A stretch of DNA of 64,000 bases from contig NC_091482.1 of assembly GCF_036971445.1 (NCBI RefSeq), positions 58,280,001-58,344,000 on the forward strand. Direction: 5' to 3'. Source of the stretch: Narcine bancroftii. Lineage: Eukaryota. Position numbers and translations under genes: made by a program. The notes beneath the pieces are model-generated. The model saw only the letters and a list, made by a program, of their open reading frames with translations. It did no database searches and was not told the origin of the DNA. This document shows positions 13,780 through 26,232 of the stretch, piece by piece. Position 1 is the first letter of the stretch; the number at the start of each line of letters is the position of its first letter.

Positions 13780-14599
13780 CTTTAGCCGTACAGCTCAGCA
13801 TGAGGTCCATGAGCCTGGGCCACCCAAATACCCCAATTAACCTACAGCCCCATACATTTTGGAAAGTTGGAGGAAACCCACATGACGTGGGGGGGAACTG
13901 GACAGCGCCATATTCTAACCTGCAAAAGTGTTGCACTAACTGCTACGCTAGCCAATTGTCCACTGAACATTACCTCGACTGTCAGGCTGGTGGCAGATAA
14001 GGGTTACAGAGAAATAAACGAGGGAATAGGATTGCTCTGAGAACCCACAAAGACTTGATGGGTCAAATGGCCACCTTTGGCCGAAGAGACTATATAAATC
14101 CAAGAATTCTGAGCATGCACAGTTGGAAACAAACGCAGGTCAGGACATGATTGCGCTGCATTCTCTGTGGATCCCAGGGATGGAGCTTCATCTTACTGGG
14201 TCCATTCCTGTGCCAGGTTGAAGTTGGTGCTGTGCCCATGAGTAGCGATGAGAAGGAGGTACGGAAGGGCTGCCAAGAAAATGGCAAATGAAGCAAGTTC
14301 CTTTTATTTATTCCACTTTCTGATTTCAATTTTAGCTTAATTTAATTTCTTGTTTATTTCATTTTTATTATTTCTAACACGTGTTTAAAGGTCTGCTTTG
14401 CCTGTATCCAAATATGGATTTGCTATTCAAGCCAGTTTTCCTACTTTCTTGCTCTCCCTTATTTGACTGAAGTTATTTATGTGGATAGAGTCTATAAGAG
14501 GGAACACTAATCAAATTCCTTTTCAATTTTGAAATAATGTGATATTTGTTGCATGTGGAATGTTTGTACTTTAGATCAAAGTAATATTACCAGTAAGAA

Positions 14600-15930
14600 G
14601 TAATTAAATATGGCCAAACTCATCCTTTGAACAACTTTTCTCTCAACTCCCCTCACCTTCTCAGAATCTATGGGATCTGTTTGAGCCTGAGCTGGTCCTG
14701 ACTTCAGTGGGATGTTTAGAACTGTTTTTGTTGCACTTCCCCTCAAACCCACTCCCTCAGCTTGATTAATTGCGTTGGAGCTAATTCACACCAAGGTCAA
14801 ATTTCCGCACAGTTCCACCCGGCTCCCACTTTCACACCATCCCCCTCTGACTCTTTCTGCTCATTTCCAGAGATTTCTCCCTCTGTGTCGGGAGAAGTGC
14901 TGTCCACAAACATCTATGGCAAAGCTACCAGCTCCCACTACATTTGGTGTTAACGATGTGGTTTCCTCTATATTAGAGAAGTCAAATGAAGATGGGACGA
15001 CATCTTTCTATAGCCCACGTGTTCAATCTGCAGCACTGACCCTGAACTTGCTATTGCCTGCCACTTGCACGCTGACTTATCTATCAGCACCTCCTTCAAG
15101 CTTGAGGAACAGCACCTCATCTTTAAACTGGGCATGTTGCAGCCTTCAAATTCTGCAACTTTCCCCCATCTTCATCAGAACTGGCTACTTCTGCTATAAA
15201 TCCTCCTACTGTGATATTGGAACAGGCCTCAGCCCTGTTGTTGTTAACATGTTACACTTTTTATCTGTTTTATCCCCCCTCTACAACTTACCTTTGCAGC
15301 ATCCCTGGCCCCACCTACCATAGATACTCCCTTTGTACTATCCCCCACCCCCACATTTGCCTACAGCATAAAACCAACTTTTGTTTTCTATTTCCCAGTT
15401 CTGTTGAAGGGTCTTTGTCCTGAAATGGTAATGCTCTAGGCCCTTTCAAACTGCCATGTACAATGGGGTTAATCGGGCAATTTGCCCGGTTAGTGCCCCA
15501 GTTATGCGGCAGTTAGAAAGGATCTGACCCGGTCAACCCCATCGGAATCCAACTGGATCCCTCAGAGGGAGTCAGGAAACCTAGTTACACTTACCTATAG
15601 GTCGCGTCCACAGGCGATTTGAAAAAGAAATTGGCCGACCCGTTTTATTCTGGTGATGTCAGCGCTTGCCTGCTTGCATCACTTGGCAGCCAGCACCCGA
15701 ACATCTGGTGGTGCCTCCGGTGAGTACGTGACGCATTGTTGTGGGGGTGGGATCCCCCTTAAATTGCCGGGTTGGCAATTTAATGGGTAAATTCCCCCTA
15801 CCCTTGCCCTAGTAATTGCTCCAGGGTCCCAGGAGGGCGACCCAGGTGCTGCAGTTTAAAAGAGGCTCTTTCTCTTTTACAGATGCTGCTTGAAAAGTTC
15901 AGTATTTTCAGTATTACCACTTTTATTTTA
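14600..15930 (+). mobile_element. Penelope-like element relic (RT and GIY-YIG remnants plus terminal repeat), interrupted by a MITE
   Basis: STNIYGKATSSHY resembles PLE RT TDIYYKPTDSHSY; TTGAGGAACAGCACCTCATCTTTAAACTGGGC encodes LEEQHLIFKLG; hammerhead-like CTGTTGAAGGG...GAAA near 15401-15426. Confidence 0.7.
15439..15866. mobile_element. PIF/Harbinger-like MITE
   Basis: TIRs GGCCCTTTCAAACTGC / GCAGTTTAAAAGAGGC; GC-rich interior. Confidence 0.6.
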
Positions 15931-16742
15931 AATAGTCTTTTTAACTCTGATATAAGGACAGCATTTCCTTTTGTTAATCAAGCAGAGCATAACATTTGAG
16001 ATCTATCTTTGATGCATTATGTAATGAAAAAATTCTTATTGATGATCTAGCATTTTGGGGATAATGCAAAGTTTAGAAGTGATTTTAAATCTAGTTAAAA
16101 GAAGCAATGACTGCTCATGTGGTGACCTGGGGAACTATGTTAAAGGATTTGACAATGAGCAATGGCTAACATTTTAAAAGTTTACAAGCCATCAGTAAAA
16201 GGATTATCTTTAGCATTCAGAATGTGCCTCAGTCTCCGTAGCAACTGAAACTGTATTGGCAAGTGCTGTAGAGTTCCCATAGAGATTCGGATCAAATGTA
16301 AAGTCACTAGAAGTCAGGCTGGATTGGGACATGATGGCCCTTTGCTTGGATCTGTGAATGTTCTCCTTGACCCAATCCGAGGTAGTCGGTGACCCTGACC
16401 AGGCCTGGGGCAGCGGCACTCGACCTTGGAGTTGCACTAAACCTTGACCAGTCAAACTAGCTGGATAAAAAAATTGAGCTTAAATTATTCCTTGACCCTG
16501 ACAAAGTGTGAAAATAAGTAAAATGTATGTTGATTATATGATTTATTATTAATAATAAATAACTATCTGCATTTAAGCCTCAAGCAATACTTATTCTTTA
16601 TTTGGTAAAACGTTGTTGGCATGAAATTGTCTTCAAGATACAAGCTTTCTGTCACTGTAAGGCTACCTCAGTGCTTAACTGCAGCAAATACATTTAACAA
16701 GTAAACATTACTTTCATTTCTCATTTAATTTGAATTTTTTAG

Positions 16743-16914
16743 GAACTAAGCTATCCCGTTGATGCCATTAAGACCCTTTTACCACCACTGCGGAATCCTG
16801 ACATTCTCGTGGGTGAAAATGACCTCACAGCACTCAGTTATCTCCACGAACCGGCGGTTCTGCACAACCTCAAAGTGCGCTTCATGGATTCCAAACTCAT
16901 CTACACTTACTGTG
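16743..16914 (+). CDS. MYO5C: MYO5C exon 3 (ELSYPVD...[35 protein letters not shown]...YTYC)
   Basis: tttttag|GAA ... TGT G|gtaaga; 172 nt. Confidence 0.95.
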
Positions 16915-16989
16915 GTAAGAAATAAAAACCACAAAAGATTGGACTGCATGCAAATCTCAACTATGTAAATCTTGACTATGTAAATAAGA

Positions 16990-17320
16990 CACTGGAGCAG
17001 AAACAGGCTATTTAGCCCATTGAGTCTGCCCCACCATTCCATCATGAGCTGATCCATTTTCCCACTCAGCCCCACTGTCCGGCCTCTTCCCCATATCCTT
17101 TGATGCCCTGGCTAATCAAGAGCTTATCAGTCTCTACCTTAAATACACCCAATGATTTGGCCTACACAACCACCTGAGGCAAAAAAAATCCACAGATTGG
17201 CTGAAGAAATTCCTCTGTATCTCTGTTCTAAGTGGATGCCCTTCAATCCTGAAGTTGTGCCCTCTTGTCCGAGACTATCCCACTGTGGGAAACAACCTTT
17301 CTGCATCAACTCTGATCATC
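16990..17320 (-). mobile_element. CR1-clade LINE 3' fragment
   Basis: Reverse complement resembles the 3' end of the CR1 copy at 47600-47890. Confidence 0.75.
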
Positions 17321-17367
17321 CACATCTTGACTCTATAATGAGAACAACTGTTTCCGATTTATTTCAG

Positions 17368-17512
17368 GTATTATTCTTGTGGCTATTAATCCATACAAAG
17401 AAATACCAATCTATGGAGATGTCATCATTCATGCGTATAGTGGGCAGAATATGGGTGACATGGATCCCCACATCTTTGCGGTGGCAGAAGAAGCTTACAA
17501 GCAAATGGCCAG
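17368..17512 (+). CDS. MYO5C: MYO5C exon 4 ([10 protein letters not shown]...[19 protein letters not shown])
   Basis: tttcag|GT ... AG|gttaat; 145 nt. Confidence 0.95.
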
Positions 17513-19510
17513 GTTAATTTTTCCAATTGTTGGCTTCCAGGTCCATAAGTTACTGTTTCACGCAATAACTTTTTAGTGTAAAGTTTACTTGCACCACAAA
17601 TATTCCGTCAAAGTCATTTCACTTTTTAAAAAGAATACCAATGCAGGTAAAAAGAGAACTGTGGTTTTAAGGAAATGCAAGGTGTATGAATGAAGTTGGC
17701 TCTAGACTGATTCCAATGCGTGGAGTCCAGCGGCAGAGGGTTGCAGGGACGGGTTCCCTTCAGTGACTGGATGAGAAAGGCTGGAGCCAGTGAGGGAGAT
17801 TCAGTGCATTGCAGCCCAATGCAGTTGACCGCCCATTGTCCAGGAGAGAGAGAGGTGAAAAATTGCTCTAAATATTGCCTAGTATAAAACACAGAGGAAA
17901 ATGGGACCACCCCCCACCATCTCATGAAACTTTTAAATATTTCCTTCTTTGACCATGTTGGTTTTAGTATGATTACACTTCGGACAACATTTTTATGACA
18001 TTTAAAAGATATTAGATCAGTTCAAGCTTTTGCTTTATTCTCCAAGTACCTTCAAATACAAAATAGCTAACCTTTCTTGTTGGGCTGTATTCAGAAACAG
18101 AATAGTCCTGAAACTCCCTAGATCTGTGGGGAAAATGAGAATTTAAATATGAATGATATTTGATATGAGTTCAAATATATATTCAAACTAATTTAACACT
18201 GTATTCAGTGAAGATAATGCAAAGATTGAATACGCCGCAATCTAATAACCACTGGTGGAGTTTATATCATCACATTACAAAGTGTCTCAGGAATTTGGAA
18301 CAACCTGACCCTTCTTTTCATTAATCATCTTCCGTTCTGTATGTAACTGATGTTTCTAAATTAGATTAAATTAGAACATATTTGCCTTGTAAATCCAGTC
18401 AAGCGATGCCAGAGTAGACTGCATGCAAGGATGTATTTGTATAGGGGCATATAATCCCAGAAACGGGCCCTTCAGGGCACCATGTTGACCATCAAGTACC
18501 TATAGGCTCTACACTCATGCCATTTCCCTTGCCTCCTCTGCCCTGGCAATTCAAGTGCTCATCCAGAAGTCGTGAGAGTACATCATCATGACCTCAGATT
18601 GCAGCCCACTCTCAGTGAGCATGTGCTCTTCCTCAGTAAACCTCTTATTTCTCACCAGAGCCCAATCCCTCTGACATTAGATGCCTCTGCCACGGTGATA
18701 TTGTCACAACTAATTTTATCCATCTCTATCAGGTCCCCCCTCTGGTTGCTCTGCACCAAGGAAAGAAAGTGCAACCTGTCCGGTCCCTTCTGATAACAGA
18801 AACATTCCATCCCAGGCAAATGTCCTGCTCATTCTCCCCTGCACCCTCTCCAGTGTAGAAACATAGTGTAATTGAAAGTAGACGCCAGGCGTGGAACCAG
18901 TAATGGCAGAGGATAAAGTGAAGGTAGGAAATGAGAAGAGGCAAAGTGCTCCAAGTAAGGAATAGCAAATTTTAGATTAAATTTAACAGAATGTGTCCAT
19001 TAACATATTGAATACTCATGTAACGTTTCTGTGCTAGCCATGTGAAAGCATTAACCCCATTAAAACAGGCACCTGTGTAAAGTCAGAGAGTACAAAAGCA
19101 GTGGGAATGTGATATGTCTACACCCACACTTCTCAATACATTTTGTTCAAGTTGGCAGACATCAAGGGTTGATGTCAAATTGAAAGATTACAATAACTTT
19201 TTTTAAATAATAACAATGGCAACTGCTGATTACATGTCAAGAGGATTTAGTTCTTGGGGTTTTTCTGTAGAAATATTTAGTTTAGGATATAGAAAACTGT
19301 TATTAACTAAGAAATATTTCAATCTGATGTTCTTGAGTCAAACAAGTTTACGGGTTGTTATACAAGTCAAATAAAATGACGGTGCTAATCTTAAATTCAT
19401 GTTTAACATTTGTATTTTTTCATCTCTTTGGTTTATTAAATGTTTCCTCAAGGAGTCATGGAATTTTAATTTTAGTTTGATCAAAGACTCTTCAAAGAGG
19501 AACTGTTACA

Positions 19511-20629
19511 GAGAATGGGAGAGAAAAGGGATTAAAAGAATAGAAAATTGTTTTTTGGGAAATAATTTATTATCATTTGAACAAATGAAGTACAAATATG
19601 GTACAACTCACGGTACAAAGTTTGCATACCACCAACTGAAAACCTACTTGAAGGACAAATTGGGAAGCAGGCTGAGGTTACCAGAAGGAAGCAGCTGTGA
19701 ATATGTGATTTCAGACACAATGATAATTAAAAGATTTATAACAAACATGTACATCAAACTGCAAGAGAAAGAGAACAATGAAATAAGCTGTAAACCCAAA
19801 CAAAAGTGGGAACAAGATCTAAACATAAAGATAAAAAATGAAATATGGGAAAAGCTATGCTCCGGAACTATGAGATATGCAATAAACACGAGGTTACGCA
19901 TGATACAATATAATTCGTTACACAGGCTATATATCATGCCCCAAAAGTTAAATAAATGGGAACCAACGGTATCAGATAGATGTTTTTGCAGTAAGAAGGA
20001 AACGGGAACAACAGTACATGCAATTTGGTCATGTGAAAAAGTGGAAAAGTTTTGGGAAGATCTAAATCAGATCTAAATAGACAAATCACAAAAAATAACA
20101 TAACAAAAAATCCAGAGATCTTTCTTCTAAGTAATATAAGAAGTAAAGAATTAGGCCTCAAACTGGATGAAGCACAAAAAGTATTTATTATGATAGCCTT
20201 AGCTGTAGCAAAAAAATGTATAATGTCAACCTGGAAATCAGAAGAGAGCCTGAGAGTACAGCAATGGTACATGGAAATGAATAAATGTATTCCATTGGAA
20301 AAAAATAACATATAATTTAAAAAATAAAGTCACATTATTCGAACAAATTTGGGAACTGTACATGGAACACAACAGAGAGGGCCTACCGCGGACCTCCACC
20401 CCCTAGAATGAGAAGAAGATGAAATGAACTGACGCAGTGTGTAAAAGTAGATGACACAATTTTCTTGTTTATTTTCATTGTGTGATGACATTGTTTATTG
20501 TATATGTTGAACTTTTAGTGGGTTTGGAAGGGGGTGGGAGGGAAGGGAGGGGTAAAAAGGGGAGAAAATGACATTGTGTATTTTGGTTAATATGGTTCAT
20601 AGTGTGAAAAATAAAAAACTTTAAAAAAA
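19511..20629 (+). mobile_element. 5'-truncated L1 (ORF2 C-terminus, 3' UTR, poly-A) with 17-bp TSD
   Basis: TSD AAAGAGGAACTGTTACA at 19494-19510 and 20630-20646; zinc-knuckle-like CFCS...HAIWSC; AATAAA at 20610-20615 then an A-tail. Confidence 0.93.
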
Positions 20630-20679
20630 AAAGAGGAACTGTTACAATAATCCTTCATGCTATTGACCCCTTGCATTAG

Positions 20680-20836
20680 GAAGAATCGGAACCAGTCTAT
20701 CATTGTGAGTGGCGAGTCCGGAGCAGGGAAGACCGTGTCTGCCCGTTATGCTATGAGATATTTTGCCACAGTAAGCAAATCCAGCAGCAAAGATTGTGTA
20801 GAAGATAAAGTCCTTGCATCGAATCCTATAACAGAG
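20680..20836 (+). CDS. MYO5C: MYO5C exon 5, P-loop ([28 protein letters not shown]...ASNPITE)
   Basis: cattag|G ... GAG|gtaaga; 157 nt. Confidence 0.96.
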
Positions 20837-20855
20837 GTAAGAAGTCTGTAAATAT

Positions 20856-21050
20856 AGTAAAGCCCTTAGTATCTGGCACTGGATTGATAGATGCCAGTTA
20901 AGTGAGTTTTCCGGTTGCTTGAGTCTGTGTGAATGGATAACTAATAGCGAGGTGTGCCAATTTTAACTTGTATTTTTTTTTAACCTGTTTATTTTATGCA
21001 GTTTTTTTTTGCCAGTTGCTTGAATTCTGGATAACAGAAATTTTACTGTT
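20856..21050. mobile_element. Tc1/mariner-type MITE; further copies about 25805-26010 and 49212-49412
   Basis: TIR-like CAGTAAAACCC(C)TGGTATCC / GGATAACAG..TTTTACTG shared by three copies. Confidence 0.65.
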
Positions 21051-21124
21051 TCTGCAATAACCAGAATAAAATTAAGAGCCCTGCCAACTTTGAAGGGTTA
21101 ATGAGGTTAATCAATAGTTTATGC

Positions 21125-21337
21125 CAGTTATTCTCAAAGGAGGCCATACAGGACCCACCCCTACCCAACCCGGAGGCCATAGCACATTAGCACATTTAAG
21201 TGTGGTGGGGGGGGCACAGTCTGAAATCATAATTTTTAAATGTTTTTGTTTTATGTAGTCAGGAGGGAAGGGGGGGGGGGCATAAACTTTGAGCTGTCCT
21301 AAGGGGGCCATAGCCAAAAAACAGTTGAGAATAGCTG
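21125..21337. mobile_element. hAT-like MITE
   Basis: TIRs CAGTTATTCTCAA / TTGAGAATAGCTG; no clear TSD. Confidence 0.6.
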
Positions 21338-22705
21338 GTGCCAATAGAAAATAATTTTGATGTTTCACAATTATGTCCACCATCCCAAGTTTAATTAATT
21401 TTAGCCTGAAAATTGTTGCATGCCCTTCCTCTGCTATTTACGTACCACTTTAACTCTGACTCTCTTTCACTTACCAAAGTTACCGTGCACTCTGGAGATA
21501 TTAGTATTCATTTCAATTCAGATTTCCTGTCAGAGTACATATATGATATCACATACATCCCTGAGATTCCTTTTTCCTGCAGGCGCAGCGCCGCCTATTG
21601 GCAGTGCAGAAAAAAACTGTAGACAGCGTTTACGTGTAAACAAATAACTGTAAATAGACAATGAACATAAACTGTGCAGTACAGAGAAGATGAAAAGATC
21701 AATAAAGTGCACAAGAGTCCTGAAATGAGTCTCTGATTGAGTTTGTCCTTGAGGAGTCTGATGCTGTTCCTGAACCTGGTGGGGCGAGTCTTGTGACACA
21801 AATAACTCTACCCTGACAGCAGCAGTGAGAACAGAGCGTGTACTGGGTGATGTGGATCCTTGATGATCGCTACTGCTCTCCGACAGCCGTGTTCCCGTAG
21901 ACGTTCTCGATGATTAGTTGATGTACAATATTATTCATAGCTTAAGGCACAGTGATTATTGCCATGGAAATGGGTTCCTTACACTGTTTACATTCAGAAT
22001 GTATTGCAATTGACAGAGATAAAGCCAAGTTTAGGATATGAAGGCCTTCAAGTGGATGTAGATGAATAACTCCTGGGAGGAAAGGTCAGGGGTGAATTCT
22101 TGTGCCATGAGAAGAGGCCAGTAAAGCTGAGATTATTATCCTTGCAGCAAGTTGAGGAGAGATATCTTAAAGGTATTTCAAATAATGGACCATCGCAACC
22201 AAAAAGAAACTGGGTGAAAGGCAGAGAAGATAGATGATAGGTAGTCAGCAAATAACCAAAACCGTTGAAGCAAAGCATTTTCGTGCAGGGTATTTAGCAT
22301 CTGGAATGTGTTAGCTGATAGTTTGATCGAGACTGATCTGGTCCTTACTTTTGAAAGGAAACCAGATCAGAATTTGAAGCAGGGAAAAAAAATCTTTATT
22401 AATAAATATTCGGAAGGACAAGCAGCCTGCTTTGGTTGAAGTCCCTGCAAAGAAACAGTCAACTTTTTTTTACTTCCGAGCAGTTTCTAACCGTTGGGAT
22501 CTATAGTTGGAATAAATTGCATTTGGCCAATGCCATTCTTCAGTCAGCAAACGTCAATGCCTTAATTCAAAAATTTTCTTCATTAAATTGATAAAAAGGC
22601 TTTCACAAATGATGCTCATTGATTTAATTTTGAGCTATTTCCCATAAATAGTTCACTGCAGGATTACCTAATGCATGTTCTGCCTCAATATCTCCTTGTT
22701 TCCAG

Positions 22706-22849
22706 GCTATTGGAAATGCAAAGACAACACGAAATGACAATAGTAGCCGTTTTGGTAAATACACTGAGATCAGTTTTGATTACCGCTATCGAATCATTGG
22801 GGCAAATATGAGAACTTACTTGCTGGAAAAGTCTCGGGTGGTGTTTCAG
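22706..22849 (+). CDS. MYO5C: MYO5C exon 6, switch I ([19 protein letters not shown]...[11 protein letters not shown])
   Basis: ttccag|GCT ... CAG|gtaaga; 144 nt. Confidence 0.96.
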
Positions 22850-23251
22850 GTAAGAATCACACTGGGTGCGGACAAGTTTCTAAAACACGGCCCTGTATGA
22901 ATTCCACAGTGCTCATACGCCTTTATAATTTGTCCTTTCCTCTGAGATTCAATATTGGCCATGATCAGCATGCGCATGGCCAATCACACACTTCAAAATC
23001 CTGTTCCTCTTTCTTTCCATCGCCATAGATCCCTTTGACATGAAGGAAACGTACCAATCTGACCCCTGGAATGTAGTTATTGATTTTGCTTCCTGCACTT
23101 TCTGTGGTAGAGATCTCTAGACATTCTCCACCTGCTGGATAAACAACTTTCCCCCGATCTTAGTTTTAAAAAGTATCCCATATACCGAGACTTTCCAGAC
23201 ATTGGGAATTCTTCCTGCATCCATGGCGTGAGTTGCTCATACAATTGATTA

Positions 23252-23873
23252 CCATATTTGCCGGCATGTAAGACAACTGGTCCATAAGATGACCCCGGAA
23301 TTTCCACTTAAAATGCAAGTTTTGAGCTAAACTCACTGAATAAAACTACCCCGTGTCTGACACATGCCGCTGAGAGCTTAATGTTCATTCCTGCTGCAAG
23401 CTTCTCCAGAATGGGCTTCCTCTCATTGCACATTTATTCCTGGATATAAGGTAATTGCAAGATGTTTTGTGATTGGCCCAATGAGGGAGAGGAAGCAGGG
23501 ACCCTGGCTGATTGTTAACTGTTGGACAACTGTTGCAAATGGTATCTGTTAGCTTCATTTACTGTGTGGTTATTTTAAGGGTCGTTAGCCAGGTTTATAA
23601 TACATTTTTATTGTTTTAATATAACATTACTATTAATCCAGCCTCCCAAATATAAGCTTCAGCAGAAAAATATTCAGTGGTTGGAGATATGCAAGTGTTT
23701 TATGCTGTTCTCCATCACCACGGTAGAGGGGGGGTGCGGGGATGGGGCATTGTAAACCACAGGATATTAAGGTTTGGATATTATATTTGGCATAACAGAT
23801 GACCCCCCTGTCTGTGGGGGTCTGGGGTGACATTTTTAAGGTTCAATGCTGTCTTGTACCCCGACATATACGG
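23252..23873. mobile_element. Mariner/Tigger-like non-autonomous element
   Basis: TA|CCATATTTGCCGGCATGTAAGAC ... GTCTTGTACCCCGACATATACGG|TA. Confidence 0.7.
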
Positions 23874-24152
23874 TAGTTCTAAATTCTAAAATTCCCTGTT
23901 GACTCACTGATCCGATCCACCTGATAGGACCCAACTGAGCATTGTTTCCATCTGCTCTCCATGTTCTCATCATGGAAAGTCAGTCCAACATCGATGCTTT
24001 AGATAATCAGATTGCTGGATCAGTTTAAAACAAAAAAAGAGATTAGTTGTAATCTAATATTTACCTTTGTAATCGGTGGGCATGGTGAGTAATTTTCCTT
24101 CAGCCACTTACTTAAATGGCTGCACTTCCTGTGTTGGACATATTCATTACTA

Positions 24153-24551
24153 CCATAGGTACTTGTGTAAAAGTCGACCTCTCCACTTCCCCAACTACCC
24201 ACGTGTTCAAGCTCACAACACCCTGATCGTGAACCCTCACCTGGGCCATGCCCGTCCAAGCTCCCAATCCCCTGGCTGCCCACCCAGCAGAGCTCCCGAA
24301 GCCCTGACAGCAAACCCTCGTCTTGGCCGCCTGGCCATCCGAGCTCCTGATGCCCTGACCGCGGATCCTCACCCCGGCCACGTGCCTACCAGAGCTCCTG
24401 ATGCCCTGAAAGCAGACTTCCACCCGGTTCTGGCCATCCAAGCTCACGATGCCTCGAAAAATGCAGGTACTTACTTTGGTCAAAAGTATGTCCTGTGTAA
24501 AACCCAAAATAACCTGAAAAAAAATCTTGACTATTGCACAGGTGTATATCG
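24153..24551. mobile_element. Mariner-like MITE with GC-rich internal repeats (GAGCTCCTGATGCCCTGA); second copy 54126-54510
   Basis: TA-flanked termini and a shared internal repeat unit and right end in both copies. Confidence 0.65.
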
Positions 24552-24854
24552 TAATATTGAGCAGAGTACCCGGTATTAAGTCTGGCCTCAATTAAATAGG
24601 TTAACTGTGAGCACTTCAGCAGGCCTGGGATGCTGACTGAAGTAGGATTGATCAATCAGGTTATACTCTCCTGCAGTCCACCACCCCAAATAAACTCCCC
24701 ACTTTGCATCGTAACATCATTGCTTGTTCACCACCTTCCCTGGGCTTATTTCAGGGTCAACATCGACTTGCATCTCCAGTGACAGGGCATATCAATGTTC
24801 CATTCTTACTACCAGTTTTGAAATAACATTACAACATTTATTTGTTGAATTTAG

Positions 24855-24936
24855 GCAGAAAACGAAAGAAATTATCATATATTCTACCAACTCTGTGCAT
24901 CTGCTGATAAATCTGAGTTCAAGCACCTGAAGCTTG
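24855..24936 (+). CDS. MYO5C: MYO5C exon 7 ([27 protein letters not shown])
   Basis: atttag|GCA ... CTT G|gtaggt; 82 nt. Confidence 0.95.
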
Positions 24937-25331
24937 GTAGGTATTTTGACGATTTCCTGCTTTGAAATCCTGTTCATTTCAATTTAGTTTTTTTTTTGAT
25001 GTACAGCACAGTGACAAGCCCTTTTTGCCCACGATCCCGTGCCGCCCACTTAACCAACAAACCCTGTACGTTTTGAACGGTGGGAGGAAATCGGTGCACC
25101 TGAAGGAAACCCACGCCATCATGGGGTGAACGTACAAACTCCTCACAGACGGTGCCAGATTCGACCTCCAGTTGCTGGTGTAGTAACTGCGTGGCACTAA
25201 CCTTTTGTCCTACTGATGAGGAATCTGCGACGCAATTGGGGCAACGCTTGCGAAGGAGGGTATTTTTCTTCTGAGATTCAACAGTTTTCATACAATTTTT
25301 TTCTAATGAGATCAATTTAAATTACTTGCAG

Positions 25332-25439
25332 GTGATGCGGAAAGCTTCACTTACGTGAGCATGGGTGGAAATGCTGTAATTGATGGTGTTAATGACCGAG
25401 CGGACTTGAATGAAACGCGAAAAACGTTTTCGCTTCTGG
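25332..25439 (+). CDS. MYO5C: MYO5C exon 8 (GDAESFTYVSMGGNAVIDGVNDRADLNETRKTFSLL)
   Basis: ttgcag|GT ... CTG G|gtaagt; 108 nt. Confidence 0.94.
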
Positions 25440-26232
25440 GTAAGTGAAGGGCATTCGACAGAACTGGCTCAGTTGGTGGATGTCCTGGTGCTCAGTCCTG
25501 CAGCCCATAAACTCGTCTGTTCTGGGTTCAGAAAGCTGAGTAGGAGTCTGGCTCCAGGAGACAAAAATGGCTTGGCTTTGGCTGAAAATGATTAGTCACT
25601 TAGTTCTGATTCCCATATTTATTCCCTTTATATTGAAAATCCTAACTTGATGAAGCAAAAGTACAAATCTTAAATGTGAGGCTTTGTATTGCATAACTAC
25701 CTTCCCATTGCCCGTGAAGTCATGGAGAAAGTCTTTACCAATCAGCAAAGCTTCACCTCCAGCCTTTCAATTTCTTCAGTTTTTCTGAATGTTCAAAGAT
25801 AAGTGCACCAAAACTCCTGTTATCTGGGATTGAAGCAACTGGCAACTTCAAGCAACCAGCAAAAAAAATCATGGAAAATAGGTGTAAAATACAGGTTTTA
25901 AATTGCCGTGTCGTTAGTTCTCCAATCCATGAACTCTCAAGCAACTGGAAAATTCACTTATCCGGCATCCACCAATCCCCATAGGTACGGGATACCAAGG
26001 GTTTTACTATGCTTGTATTTTTCAAAAAGAATTAATTTTAATTTGAACACATTGAAGCAAACAAAATAATTGAAGAAACAATGAAACTTGCCTTTATTGT
26101 ATCTTTCTTCCTGGGAGAATAAAATTTCCTTTAGAGTGAATTGGAGGAATCTGTCCCAGGGCTCACGTGCAGGATTAGTGATTAGATTCTCCAGTGTCAT
26201 ACAGGGAATTCTACTCCGCTGATGCTGCACCA

